A stretch of 64,000 nucleotides of DNA from a bacterium (GTDB lineage: Bacteria > UBA8248), in the NCBI GenBank assembly GCA_965204535.1, contig CBDBEV010000001.1:320001-384000 (forward strand), given 5' to 3'. The notes beneath the pieces were generated by a model. The model did not search any database. It was not told the DNA's origin and was given only the letters and a program-made list of their open reading frames with translations. Shown piece by piece: positions 29,090 through 38,821 of the stretch; position 1 is the first letter of the stretch; every line of letters begins with the position of its first letter. Made by a program: the position numbers and the translations under genes.

Positions 29090-29383
29090 TTGCGGAAGAT
29101 CGACATCATCAGCCTCGTGTCCGACGATACGGGCCTCGGCAAGATCAAGGCCGAAGAGGCCGTCGATGCCATCATCGACGCCGTCAGGGAATCCCTCGCG
29201 AGGGGCGAGTCCGTCACCTTGAGGCGCTTCGGCTCCTTCAGTGTGAGGGAGAAGAACGCCCGGATGGGGCGCAACCCGAAGACGGGCCTGGAAGCGCCCA
29301 TCAGCGCCCGCAGGGTCGTGAGGTTCAAGGCGGGACAAAACTTCAAGGATGCGGTGAACGGGGCCGGGGTGAATTTCCATTGA
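29090..29383 (+). CDS. IHF/HU-family DNA-binding protein
   Basis: LRRFGSF, ARMGRNPKTG, VVRFKAG. Confidence 0.9.
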   Translation: MRKIDIISLVSDDTGLGKIKAEEAVDAIIDAVRESLARGESVTLRRFGSFSVREKNARMGRNPKTGLEAPISARRVVRFKAGQNFKDAVNGAGVNFH

Positions 29384-29592
29384 TTGGCCGGTTCCGGGGT
29401 CGAGAAGGACCGGGCCGGCAACGTCCGCATCGGCGCAAGGCCCCGCGCCGCAAGACGGCGGGAAAAACCAGGACACGGCCTTCGTGACGACCGGTGGATT
29501 CGCGGGCGGAACCCGGAGAGGACCGTTCCGCCTGAGCCCGAGCAGCGGCGAAGCCGCGTATCGAAGGAGCCTGTCCCGGGCCCCATCCTTCG

Positions 29593-30225
29593 TTACGGCG
29601 CTGACGGGTTTGTTGAAGAACGCTTTTCCGAATCCCGGGCAGGCGAAGGCAAAAGAGCTTCGGCCTGCCCCACGACGGATTCCGGAAAGCTCTCATCGGG
29701 AGAAACGCACGCCAGCACCCTGAGGCCGAGAAGCAGACCGAGCAGAGACTTCGCCGTCTGCTCCGGATCGACTTCGGGGGAAATCTCCCCGCAAGCCTGG
29801 CCCCGCTCGATGGAAGCGCAAAAGAACTCCGCCACGCCGGCGAAGGCGTCGGCAACCAGGGAAGCCACCTCCTCATCGTGCGCCCCGAGCTCTAGGGCGG
29901 CATTGACTTCGAGACAGCCCTCTCGCGAACCACCTCCCGGCGCGGCGGAGGCGGCAGCGCCGAAAACGGCCAGCACCGCCCCGCGCGGCGAGTCGCCCTT
30001 TTCGAGTTCCGCGATCGGCTCCGCGCGATGAATGCGGCCATAATGGCGGAGCGCCCGGAAGAACATCTCACGCTTGTCGCCGAACGCGTGGTACAAACTG
30101 CCTCGAAAGAGACCCGTCGCCTCCTCGAGATCCCGAATCGTCGTCGCCGAATAGCCGTGACGCCGGAACTGGCTCATGATTTTCGTCAGAACCTCGTCCA
30201 TCCCGTACTTCGGCATTTTCCCCAC
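29593..30225 (-). CDS. TetR-family regulator
   Basis: GYSATTIRDLEEATGLFRGSLYHAFGDK; GCL..N C-terminal domain. Confidence 0.9.
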   Translation of the reverse strand: MGKMPKYGMDEVLTKIMSQFRRHGYSATTIRDLEEATGLFRGSLYHAFGDKREMFFRALRHYGRIHRAEPIAELEKGDSPRGAVLAVFGAAASAAPGGGSREGCLEVNAALELGAHDEEVASLVADAFAGVAEFFCASIERGQACGEISPEVDPEQTAKSLLGLLLGLRVLACVSPDESFPESVVGQAEALLPSPARDSEKRSSTNPSAP

Positions 30226-30441
30226 GGGTCCTCTCCTCGTCCGCCCGGTGAAGCATGGAATTCATCATGGCGGTCAGGCGGTTCCAGTCATCACCACGAG
30301 TCGAAACTTATCACACGGAAATTCCGCTTTCACGAAGAATTGCACCCCATCGGCGCTGTTGCCCCCCTGTCCCCCCCTTTTTCAGGGGGGGATGCTTTTC
30401 CAGTCGGGAAGGGCGCCGAGCGCCACTCCCGGGGAATCGGC

Positions 30442-33279
30442 CTATAGCTCCAACCCCCGATCCGATCGGGTCTTCTCCATCGCCGGCGCCCGCCTCTCCA
30501 TTGCCTGGGTCGCCTCGTTCGACTTCTCCGCCCCGATGCTCTCCGCCTTGCCCGCTCCTATCGCCTCGAGCGCCGCGACCCGCTCCCCCGTCGCGGCTTC
30601 GAGCCGCTCGCGCAGCGCTCTTGCGTCGTCGGTCACGAGTTCCGCCCGGTCCCGGGCGCGGCTGATCTCGACGTATAGCGTCTTCTGGTTGGTGAGCTCG
30701 GGGTGGTTCGCCTCCATCGCGGCGATGACGGTGTCGACCGTCCGGCCCTGGAAGGCGTGGACGGTCGAGGCCCATGCGCGGTCGATATGGCGCAGCTGCG
30801 GAACGCCGGCGGTCATGCCGATCGTGCGCCCGTCCTCGACCCGGAAGGTGACGCGGCCGTTCCTGACGCTCGTCACCTCGGCGGCCTGGCTGTTGACCAG
30901 GCCGAGTTCCTTGTCGTTCCGGGTCCAGCGGACCTTGTCGCCGATGCGCAGTTCCATCCGCTCGACGCGGTATACCTCTACACCGCCGCTTCGCGCCGCG
31001 AGGCGGCGGGGCTCCCAGCGGACTTGCCCTCCGTCCTTCCCTTGCAGGATGACCGCACGGCCTTCATGGTCGACGCCCGTCACGCGAAGCTCGTCCCCCT
31101 TCTCGACGCCGAGGCGCTTGTAGGGGCGGTGGAAGGCGACGACGTCGCCGGGTGAATAGTTCGCGGCGAGCGATTTCTCGGGGTTCGTGTAGCCGCGCGA
31201 GACGAGGCGATTCGTGAGGAAGGCCGGGCCGCAGACGACCCCCTCCCTGACCAGGCGCTCTCTGACGATGGCGTTGATCTTCTCGCGAATCTTATGGCTC
31301 GGCGCCATGAGGCCCGCGTTTGCGCGCGCCTCGGGCGATAACGCCAGCCAGCGCGCGGCGGCGGCGCCCGCGAGATTGTCCGGTTTGACCTCGGCCACGT
31401 TCGAGCCCAGCTTCTCGAAGGCGCTTTTCACGTCGCCCGCGAGCGTGGACTCGACGGCGGCCTTCAGGTCCTGGTCGCGCTGGCGCATGATCTCTTCCAT
31501 CACGGCCGTCTTCATGCCCGCGGCCTGCAGCTGCGCGAAGGGTTTCCCGGCGTCGACGGCGTCCAGCTGTTTCGCGTCGCCCACGAGAACGACCCGCGGC
31601 AGGCGCAGGACCTCCGAGATGCGGAGCAGTTCGCGCATCTCGCGCGTGGAAGCCAGGGAACCCTCGTCCACGACGAGGGCGGTCTTCGCGTAGCCCGCGC
31701 GCAAGTGTTTTTGGGCGCTTCTCTTGAGGCGGCCCTGTGCGACGTCCGCGTATCGCGTGAGGAAGCGCTGGAGCGTCTCGCTCTCGATCCCGGCCTCCGC
31801 TTCCAGGGTCCGCGCGGCCGAGGCCGAGGGCGCCAGGCCCCGGACCTCGTAGCCGCGTTTCTCGAAGAGCGCGCGGGCGCGCTTCAGCATCTTCGTCTTG
31901 CCTGTCCCGGCATAGCCCTGCACCCCCACCACGCGGTCCTTTTCCGAGAGGATCAGCTTGACCGCCTCCCTTTGGCCATGCGTCAGCGGTCCCTTGCGCA
32001 GGTGCGCGCTCACCATCCAGCCCCGCATGGCGGGCGCGCCCCGCCCGCGTCCTGCCTCCACCAGGGCGATGGTCTCGCGCTCCGCCGCCGCGGCCATCTC
32101 CGTCGTGAGCATGTCCCTGTTTCCCGGCAAATCCGCCGCGTGCAGGACGCCGGTTTTTTCGAGTCTCGCCACCTCGCGCTCCGCACCCGCCATCGACACG
32201 GCGCCGGGCCGCCAGGCGAGCGCGCCCGCGAGCAGGGCGGCGCGGTCGAAGACGGCCTCCCGCTCCGCCAGGTGCGCCACGGCCCATTCCACGGCCTCGC
32301 GGGCGGGTTCGACGACAGCAGCACTTCGGCCGGCGTCGCGGGATACGGCGCTCCTCGCCTTCGCCCGGTCCTTGAGGCCGGCGGCGTCGAAGCCGAGATC
32401 GGCGGCCTGCTTCTCCCATACGGCCATGAGGGTCCCCTTGTCGGCCTCCCGCTTGGGGTCCCGCGTCATGAGCGTGACCCGCTGGGCGGCGCGCTGGTTC
32501 TCCGCCGTCGTGCCAAGGCCCCGCTCTTCCATCGCGGCCTCGATCTCGGCGCGCCTGCTCGAGAACGCCTCGATCACCTCTCTCGATACGCCCGCGATCT
32601 CGAAGCGCCCGTCGGCGTGGGTCTTCTCGACCCGGTAGCCGAACCCTTCGAGGCCGCGGGCGAGTTCGGCCCGGTAGAAGGCGCCGATCAGCATCTTGTT
32701 CGCATAGAGCTTCTCATTCGACATGGTGCGCCATTTATCGTCGGCGCCACGGACCATGTTGGCGATGACCGCGTGCGTGTGGAGCAGGGGGTCGAGGTTG
32801 CGCGACGTGTCGTGCCGGAAGGTCGCGACCACGCTCTTCTGGTCCCCTGCGCGGACCATCTGTCCGGTCGCAGGGTCGCTCATCCTGGTCTCGGCGACGT
32901 TTCGCTCGACCCAGGCCAGGGTGCGCGCCACGGCCACCTCGTGGGCCCAGATCGCGCGCGCATCGCCGCCGACGTAGGCGAGCAGGGAGACGGACTTGGG
33001 CGCCGAGAGGGTGAGGTCGCGTCCCGGGCGGTGGTGGAACGACCCGTCCTTGCCCGGGCGCCCGAGCCTGCGGCCCGAACCGTCCGGCACATGGCCTTCG
33101 AGCACCGCGCGGAGGGTATCGGGGTTGACCGGACCCGATAATCCCAGGTCCTCGGCGCCCCTGCCGCGCCAGGCGCTCGCCGACCGGTGGTTCGGGTCGT
33201 CCTTCGCGTAGTAGTCGTCGCGCTCGAAGTAGGACGCGCACTGCGCGGGGGAGACTACGGCGCCTATCGACGCGACCAT
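30442..33279 (-). CDS. MOBF (TrwC/TraI-like) relaxase-helicase
   Basis: YFERDDYY, DLTLSAPKSVS, HDTSRNLDPLLHTH, Walker A GYAGTGKT, VVDE, YVEISRAR. Confidence 0.95.
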   Translation of the reverse strand: MVASIGAVVSPAQCASYFERDDYYAKDDPNHRSASAWRGRGAEDLGLSGPVNPDTLRAVLEGHVPDGSGRRLGRPGKDGSFHHRPGRDLTLSAPKSVSLLAYVGGDARAIWAHEVAVARTLAWVERNVAETRMSDPATGQMVRAGDQKSVVATFRHDTSRNLDPLLHTHAVIANMVRGADDKWRTMSNEKLYANKMLIGAFYRAELARGLEGFGYRVEKTHADGRFEIAGVSREVIEAFSSRRAEIEAAMEERGLGTTAENQRAAQRVTLMTRDPKREADKGTLMAVWEKQAADLGFDAAGLKDRAKARSAVSRDAGRSAAVVEPAREAVEWAVAHLAEREAVFDRAALLAGALAWRPGAVSMAGAEREVARLEKTGVLHAADLPGNRDMLTTEMAAAAERETIALVEAGRGRGAPAMRGWMVSAHLRKGPLTHGQREAVKLILSEKDRVVGVQGYAGTGKTKMLKRARALFEKRGYEVRGLAPSASAARTLEAEAGIESETLQRFLTRYADVAQGRLKRSAQKHLRAGYAKTALVVDEGSLASTREMRELLRISEVLRLPRVVLVGDAKQLDAVDAGKPFAQLQAAGMKTAVMEEIMRQRDQDLKAAVESTLAGDVKSAFEKLGSNVAEVKPDNLAGAAAARWLALSPEARANAGLMAPSHKIREKINAIVRERLVREGVVCGPAFLTNRLVSRGYTNPEKSLAANYSPGDVVAFHRPYKRLGVEKGDELRVTGVDHEGRAVILQGKDGGQVRWEPRRLAARSGGVEVYRVERMELRIGDKVRWTRNDKELGLVNSQAAEVTSVRNGRVTFRVEDGRTIGMTAGVPQLRHIDRAWASTVHAFQGRTVDTVIAAMEANHPELTNQKTLYVEISRARDRAELVTDDARALRERLEAATGERVAALEAIGAGKAESIGAEKSNEATQAMERRAPAMEKTRSDRGLEL

Positions 33280-33741
33280 ATCAGCAGCTCCTCGGGCGGT
33301 TGACTTGCGGACCCGCCTGTCCGGGCGCTTCTGTTTCCACGCCTTCTCCCGCCTCGCCGCTCACGCGGCGGCGCTCCCGTGCGACCTGATCGTTCGCGCC
33401 GTTCCCGTTCATATGCGTCTCTCCTTCGCGTTCGAACCTTTCGCCCCGATCGATCCTCCGGCGTCATGCGGGCGGGGGCGTCCATCGCCCGCATGCAGAG
33501 CGTAAATAAAGCAAAAACAACTCGTCTGCAAGAGTTTTCGATAGCGTATTTCCAACGCCCGCGCGCCATGCGCGGTCACGCATGCGACCGGCTGCGCAGG
33601 AGTGCGATATTTTTTTTCGGCCGGGCCCCGCCCTGCGCCGGCGAGAGGCCGAGCCGGGCCAGGAGGCGGGCGCGGGAGCCGGGGCCGGAGAGGCCGGGCG
33701 GCGCCCGCGACCCCTTCACCCGCAATCCCGGAGGCACGGCC

Positions 33742-34083
33742 ATGACGAAGAACAATCCATCGTGCGGCGCGAGGCTCCTCGTGCTGGCGGGACCCGCTCT
33801 GGCGCTCCTCGCCACAATCCTCTCTCTCGCGGCCGGTAGCGGCCTCCGCCCGTTGGGATTCATCTGGGCCTGCGCGGTTCTCTGGAGCCTCCTCACGGCT
33901 CTCTCCTGCGTCCTGTGGCGGGGGTTCCGCCACGGGGACTGGACGGCCTTTCATCGCTACGAACTGCCCGACGGGAAAGAAGAGGACTTCGAGTGGTCCG
34001 CCCGGACGGGACGCTACGCCTGGCGCCGCGATGCCGAGGAGGAGGAACTGTTCGGCCAGGACCCGGACGCACACTTCCCGTAG
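33742..34083 (+). CDS. Small two-TM hypothetical protein
   Basis: RBS GGAGG; two hydrophobic helices; acidic tail. Confidence 0.6.
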   Translation: MTKNNPSCGARLLVLAGPALALLATILSLAAGSGLRPLGFIWACAVLWSLLTALSCVLWRGFRHGDWTAFHRYELPDGKEEDFEWSARTGRYAWRRDAEEEELFGQDPDAHFP

Positions 34084-34254
34084 AAGGCCCCGGGCCGAAC
34101 GAAGACCACCCTGAACAACCGGACCGCCATCTTTCCCGCCGGCGGCGGCTCTGCGCCCCCGGGAGGCGGAGTCCGGCCGGGAGGGGGCGTCGGCGGGGCG
34201 TCCGGGAGAGGACGTTCTTCGCCGCCATCATCCACCCACCCAAGGAGGCGCGCG

Positions 34255-34551
34255 ATGCGAAAACCCGGACCCGAAGCGGACACCTTCCTCACCCATCTCT
34301 TCACCCGCGGCCTGGCGGATGAGCGCTACGAAGTGAAACGCTACAAGTCCGCCGATGGCGACATCAGGCCCGTGCCCGACAGGGAGAGCGGGAGGCGCAA
34401 GAAGAAGAGAGCGACGGCCTCGCGGAAAGCCGTACGCGAGATGCGTCCCGCGCGCGACGAACTCATCGTCTGCACGGGGCTCCGCGTCCCCGGCAGCGGG
34501 CTGCAGCTCTGGGGCGAGCACCTCGTCTGGGCACGGATGCTGTGCCGGTGA
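34255..34551 (+). CDS. Hypothetical protein
   Basis: RBS AAGGAGG before ATG; 98 aa. Confidence 0.5.
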   Translation: MRKPGPEADTFLTHLFTRGLADERYEVKRYKSADGDIRPVPDRESGRRKKKRATASRKAVREMRPARDELIVCTGLRVPGSGLQLWGEHLVWARMLCR

Positions 34552-34642
34552 GGAAGTCCCCCCCGGGAGGACTTCCGCCCGCAAGACGTCTCGCCGGCCC
34601 GGCGCCGTCTGTACGACTTCTCCAACGCATGAGGAAAATCCC

Positions 34643-35452
34643 ATGCCTCACAAGAACCCGGAAAGACGACGCGCTTATGAGCGCGAGCGCCACCGCAAAC
34701 GCACCGCCGACCGACTCGCGCGGGGCATGTGTCCCCGGTGCGGAAAGATTCCTCCTGCGCCCGGGCGCAGTCTGTGCGAGCCCTGCCTCGAGAGGGACCG
34801 GGAGACCCGACGCGCCCGATACGCCGAAGCCCGAGCGGGGGGAGCCCCATATGGCGGACGCGACCCCGAGAGCCGCCGCCGCATGGCGCGCGAGAGGGCG
34901 AGGAAGCGCAGGCGCGAGCGGGTGGAGGCCGGCTTGTGCCCGCGCTGCGGACGCGAGCCCGTCGAGGCTGGCGCCGTCTGCGAACCCTGCCGGGAATCGC
35001 GGCGGGCGGTGGAGAGGAAACTCTACGCCGAAAGACGCGCCGGGGGGCGATGCGGTCGGTGCGGTGCGGAAGTCGTCGATGAGGCTTCGACGTGCGCTTC
35101 GTGCGCCGCAAGGGACGTAAAGCGCCGTCCGCGCAAGAACACCGCCAGCAGGAAGCGCTATCACGACAGGCGGGCACGGTCGCTTTGCGTCGACTGCGGC
35201 GCCCATGCGGACGCAGGGGTGAGATGTACTCCCTGCGCGCGCCGATCGTATCACTCATCGGGAGAGCACAAGGGGATGCCCGTCTATCCGCCGCGCTTCA
35301 CCGTGGTCGAACTAGCCACGGGCGAGGAGCACGGCCCCCTCGACTCCTGGGAGGAGGTCGCCATGTGCCTCGCCTTCGCCAAGCTCTCTCGGGATCAGGT
35401 CGAGGTCGTGGTGGATGAGCCCATCATGTCCAGCCTTGCTGCCTGGGAGTGA
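34643..35452 (+). CDS. Arg-rich protein with eight CxxC motifs (four putative zinc ribbons)
   Basis: CPRC/CEPC, CPRC/CEPC, CGRC/CASC, CVDC/CTPC; RBS GAGG. Confidence 0.75.
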   Translation: MPHKNPERRRAYERERHRKRTADRLARGMCPRCGKIPPAPGRSLCEPCLERDRETRRARYAEARAGGAPYGGRDPESRRRMARERARKRRRERVEAGLCPRCGREPVEAGAVCEPCRESRRAVERKLYAERRAGGRCGRCGAEVVDEASTCASCAARDVKRRPRKNTASRKRYHDRRARSLCVDCGAHADAGVRCTPCARRSYHSSGEHKGMPVYPPRFTVVELATGEEHGPLDSWEEVAMCLAFAKLSRDQVEVVVDEPIMSSLAAWE

Positions 35453-36213
35453 GTCTCGGCGGCCGCGCCTGCACGTGCCGCCGGCCTGTATACGTCTGGC
35501 GGGGGGGCGGCGCAGGAATAGCGTCGCCCTGCTGCGCAGCCGGCCTGCCGCCGGGGGGTCGCCGCCCAGCCTCGCCGCCGCCGCCCGTCGGATACGTATC
35601 GCCGTCCCGAAACCCTCCGGGTTCCTTCTCGCCCTCGCCGGAAGCGGGGGGAAGGCCACCCCGCTGTGCCGCCAACCGGACCCGGGCGCGCCGCGCAGGA
35701 CGGCGGGCGGGGGGTCTGGCCGCGAGTCCGGATACGACCACACGGGGCGGGCGCAACCCGGCAGAGCAGTCCCGCCATCGGTGACGAAGGCGCCGAGCAC
35801 AATCCCGACCCGCCAGGCGGCGCGGAGCTAACCCGGCAACCCTGCCCCGGCAGCATCAACGCCGACACCCCGGTCTGCGGCGCGAGATCACCGACGATAA
35901 ACCTCACCGGCGGTGACAGGAACGTCGCCGCCCCGAATCCCACCCCACTCGATACGTCTCCGTTCGCCCATCCCTCATCTCATCCGAACCCCGTACCGCG
36001 CGCCGGCCCAGGTGGGCTTTCGCTTCCGTCTCTCTCCGGAGCTACCCGGTCGGGACGGAGGCCGCTCACGCTCCGTGGGCGGTCCTCACCGGACGTGAAC
36101 CTTCCCGGGGGAGAGGTGGAGGGAAGCGGGGAGCCGGGCAAAGGCCCGGCAGGGGAGAGGGAGACGGTCTCCCGCTCCCGCCGCCGGGGACAACCCCGAC
36201 AGGAGGCTTGGCC

Positions 36214-36345
36214 ATGTACGAGAACGACTTCGACGTCGATGTTCCCACCACGGACGAACTGCTCGCAGAACTCGGACTCGACGCGTACACGATCCGCAAG
36301 ATCCGCGACGAGGCGGGGGGCGAGGAGGAGTTCAGGAGGGAATAG
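36214..36345 (+). CDS. 43-aa acidic mini-protein (not in the ORF track)
   Basis: RBS AGGAGG; MYENDFDVDVPTTDELLAELGLDAYTIRKIRDEAGGEEEFRRE. Confidence 0.6.
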   Translation: MYENDFDVDVPTTDELLAELGLDAYTIRKIRDEAGGEEEFRRE

Positions 36346-36421
36346 GGCAGATCGGGGGATCGGGGAGAGAGGCTTCCCGGCCCCTTCCACTTCATCACTC
36401 ACACCACGAAGGAGAATCACC

Positions 36422-36868
36422 ATGGCATTCGGACTCAACAGAGCGGAACTGATCGGGCGTCTCGGCGCCGACGTCACCGTCAACCACCTCGCGAGCGGCG
36501 GGCGCGTCGCGAACCTCTCGATCGCCACCGACGAGGGCTACGTCGACAAGCAGTCCGGCGAGCGGGTGGACAAGACCGAGTGGCACCGGGTCGTGACCTT
36601 CCAGCCCGGCCTGGTGGATATGTTCGAGAAGCACGCGAAGAAGGGCCGCCTGATCTACGTCGCGGGCAAGCTGCAGACCAGGCGCTGGAAGAAGGACGGG
36701 GAAGACTCGGACCGGTTCTCGACCGAGATCCTCATCGCGCCGGGCGGGCGCGTGCAGTTCCTCGACAAGGTGAACGGGAACGGCAATGGCAACGGCAACG
36801 GCGCGCACGCCGAGACGGCGGACGTGGCGGTGCCCGCCGGCGTTGTGGGCGAAGAAATTCCATTTTGA
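36422..36868 (+). CDS. ssb: Single-stranded DNA-binding protein
   Basis: LNRAELIGRLG, TEWHRVV, GKLQTRRW, C-terminal EEIPF; RBS AAGGAG. Confidence 0.93.
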   Translation: MAFGLNRAELIGRLGADVTVNHLASGGRVANLSIATDEGYVDKQSGERVDKTEWHRVVTFQPGLVDMFEKHAKKGRLIYVAGKLQTRRWKKDGEDSDRFSTEILIAPGGRVQFLDKVNGNGNGNGNGAHAETADVAVPAGVVGEEIPF

Positions 36869-36875
36869 GCGCTTC

Positions 36876-36906
36876 AAGGGGCTGGCGCTTCGGCGTCAGC
36901 CCTTTT
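36876..36906 (+). terminator. Intrinsic terminator after ssb
   Basis: GGGCTGGCGC-TTCG-GCGTCAGCCC followed by TTTT. Confidence 0.7.
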
Positions 36907-37208
36907 CTTATGCTCCTTATCCAGAGGAAGTCCGCCCTGCCTGCTCTCTCGTCTACCGGGAACACCCGGTAAATCCTCCGGTTCCGTGAACGATGAACCG
37001 TGTTCCCGGAAAACCGGCATGCACCTGCACTCATTCCATGTTCTGGATAGTGGCTCAGTCCACCCCCCGCTGCGGGAATTTCGGGCCGGAAAAAGACGGC
37101 CCGAAATGACCCTTTCCGCAGCATGAGAGATTGTTTCCCGATGAGCTTCGCCTTCATCGTGAAACACCAAAGGCTCTTGTGTCCCGGTGGCGGTACTACC
37201 CTCTCTCT

Positions 37209-37397
37209 CTTAGCGCTCCCATTTTAGCACGCACGGCGCGGGGTCAAGGGTGCTTTTGCAAAATACGCAAAAGCATCTTTTTTCAGAAAAAATCGGTGAA
37301 GCGTGGATTTTTTCCGCTACGCGCCCTCCGGGTGAAAAAAGACTGAAAACCGCCCCTGACGCCCACGCCTACCACGTGCTGAAAATGGGGCGCTAAG
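37209..37397 (+). promoter_or_regulatory. Large imperfect hairpin, candidate single-strand (Frpo/ssi-like) promoter
   Basis: CTTAGCGCTCCCATTTTAGCACG pairs with CGTGCTGAAAATGGGGCGCTAAG; inner GGGTCAAGGG pairs with CCCCTGACGCC. Confidence 0.6.
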
Positions 37398-37433
37398 AAG
37401 CGCATCCGTTAACTCTCTGGAAAGGAGAAAGGC

Positions 37434-37808
37434 ATGGAAACCACCGTGGTGAACCTGAACGACTATGTTGCGCCTCAATTCGGCGGCGGATTGCTGGTCA
37501 GGATCGACCGCAGGACCAAGTGGGGAAACCCCTTCCGTATCGGCCAGGACGGCGAGCGCGACGAGGTCATCGAGAAATACCGGCGATGGCTGTGGGAAAA
37601 AATCCGGCGCGAAGAGCAGGACCTCTACGAACTCGCCGACCTGCAAGGCTGCGAACTCGGCTGCCACTGCCATCCCCTCCCGTGCCACGGCGACGTACTC
37701 GCGCGCGCCGCCGAGTGGGCCGCCGGGTATCTCGACGAGATGCCGAAAGAAGTGGGGCGCAACGAGCGTGGCTACGCTCTTCCCGAATTCAACCATCCCC
37801 TCGCTTGA
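37434..37808 (+). CDS. DUF4326-family protein
   Basis: IDRRTKWGNPF...LGCHCHPLPCHGDVL. Confidence 0.85.
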   Translation: METTVVNLNDYVAPQFGGGLLVRIDRRTKWGNPFRIGQDGERDEVIEKYRRWLWEKIRREEQDLYELADLQGCELGCHCHPLPCHGDVLARAAEWAAGYLDEMPKEVGRNERGYALPEFNHPLA

Positions 37809-37829
37809 GGACAACCAAAGGAGTGAACG

Positions 37830-38789
37830 ATGACTGCCACCGCGACACACGACCACAAGGAGAGCATCATGCACGAGGTTGACAACATCGAAGCGCAGAA
37901 CGAATCCTTCACCGCCATGGTCTGCGAACAGGCCGCCCTCTTCGGCGCGACCCCCGGACCGGACGAGTTCGACAACCGCCCCGTGTGGGGCGAAGCGGAG
38001 TCCACCGCCGCCGTCCTCAAGGCATTCCACCTGCTCGCCGAGGCCGCGCCCGACGGCACGCAACTGGCCGACGAGCGGGCGAGTCTCCTCTGGGGCTTCG
38101 TCAACACCCTGGACGCACAGACCCAGCGCCTCGACCGCGCCGCCGACAAGCTCATCCCCGGCATCCGTGAACTCCAGCGCGAGCAGGACGGCTCCGAGAT
38201 CAGGTCCCGCGAACTCGAACTCGCGACCGACCGGGCCGAGAATCTCACCGCCCGCCGCGACGCCTTCGAAGGACTGCGCGACACGGCCGCCGAGGCCTAC
38301 CGCGTCGAGACCGGCGAGGTATGGCGGCCCAGGCGAGGCTCGCACGTCAGCCAGACCGGCAAGCTCACATCGGCGGTCATCGAGGCGCGTGACTTCCAGC
38401 GCGCGAAAAAGGACCGCGAGAACACGGCCCACCTCCCCCAGGGAACCCTCGTCGCCGTCGCGGGCGGCAAGGAAGCCACCGACGCGGGCAAAATCATCGG
38501 CCAGCTCGACAAGCTGAAAGCCAAGTACGCCGACGTCGTCCTCGTCCACGGCGGCGGCCCCGGCGCCGAGAAGGTCGCGGCGGGCTGGGCCGAGCGGAAC
38601 GGCGTCCACCAGATCGTCTGCAAGCCCGACTGGGACGCCCACGGCAGGGCCGCTCCCTTCAGGCGCAACGACGAACTGCTCTCCCTCCTCCCCAAGGGCG
38701 TGATCGCGTTCCCGGGTTCGGGCATCACCGACAACCTCGTCGACAAGGCTCGAAGCCTCGGCATCCCCGTGCAACGCGTGGCCGCCTGA
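37830..38789 (+). CDS. DUF2493/YspA SLOG-family protein
   Basis: VAVAGG, VLVHGG..GAE, AAPFRRND, VIAFPGSGITDNLVDKAR. Confidence 0.85.
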   Translation: MTATATHDHKESIMHEVDNIEAQNESFTAMVCEQAALFGATPGPDEFDNRPVWGEAESTAAVLKAFHLLAEAAPDGTQLADERASLLWGFVNTLDAQTQRLDRAADKLIPGIRELQREQDGSEIRSRELELATDRAENLTARRDAFEGLRDTAAEAYRVETGEVWRPRRGSHVSQTGKLTSAVIEARDFQRAKKDRENTAHLPQGTLVAVAGGKEATDAGKIIGQLDKLKAKYADVVLVHGGGPGAEKVAAGWAERNGVHQIVCKPDWDAHGRAAPFRRNDELLSLLPKGVIAFPGSGITDNLVDKARSLGIPVQRVAA

Positions 38790-38821
38790 TGTGAACACTC
38801 CTCGGGTCGCGTCGCCACGGC

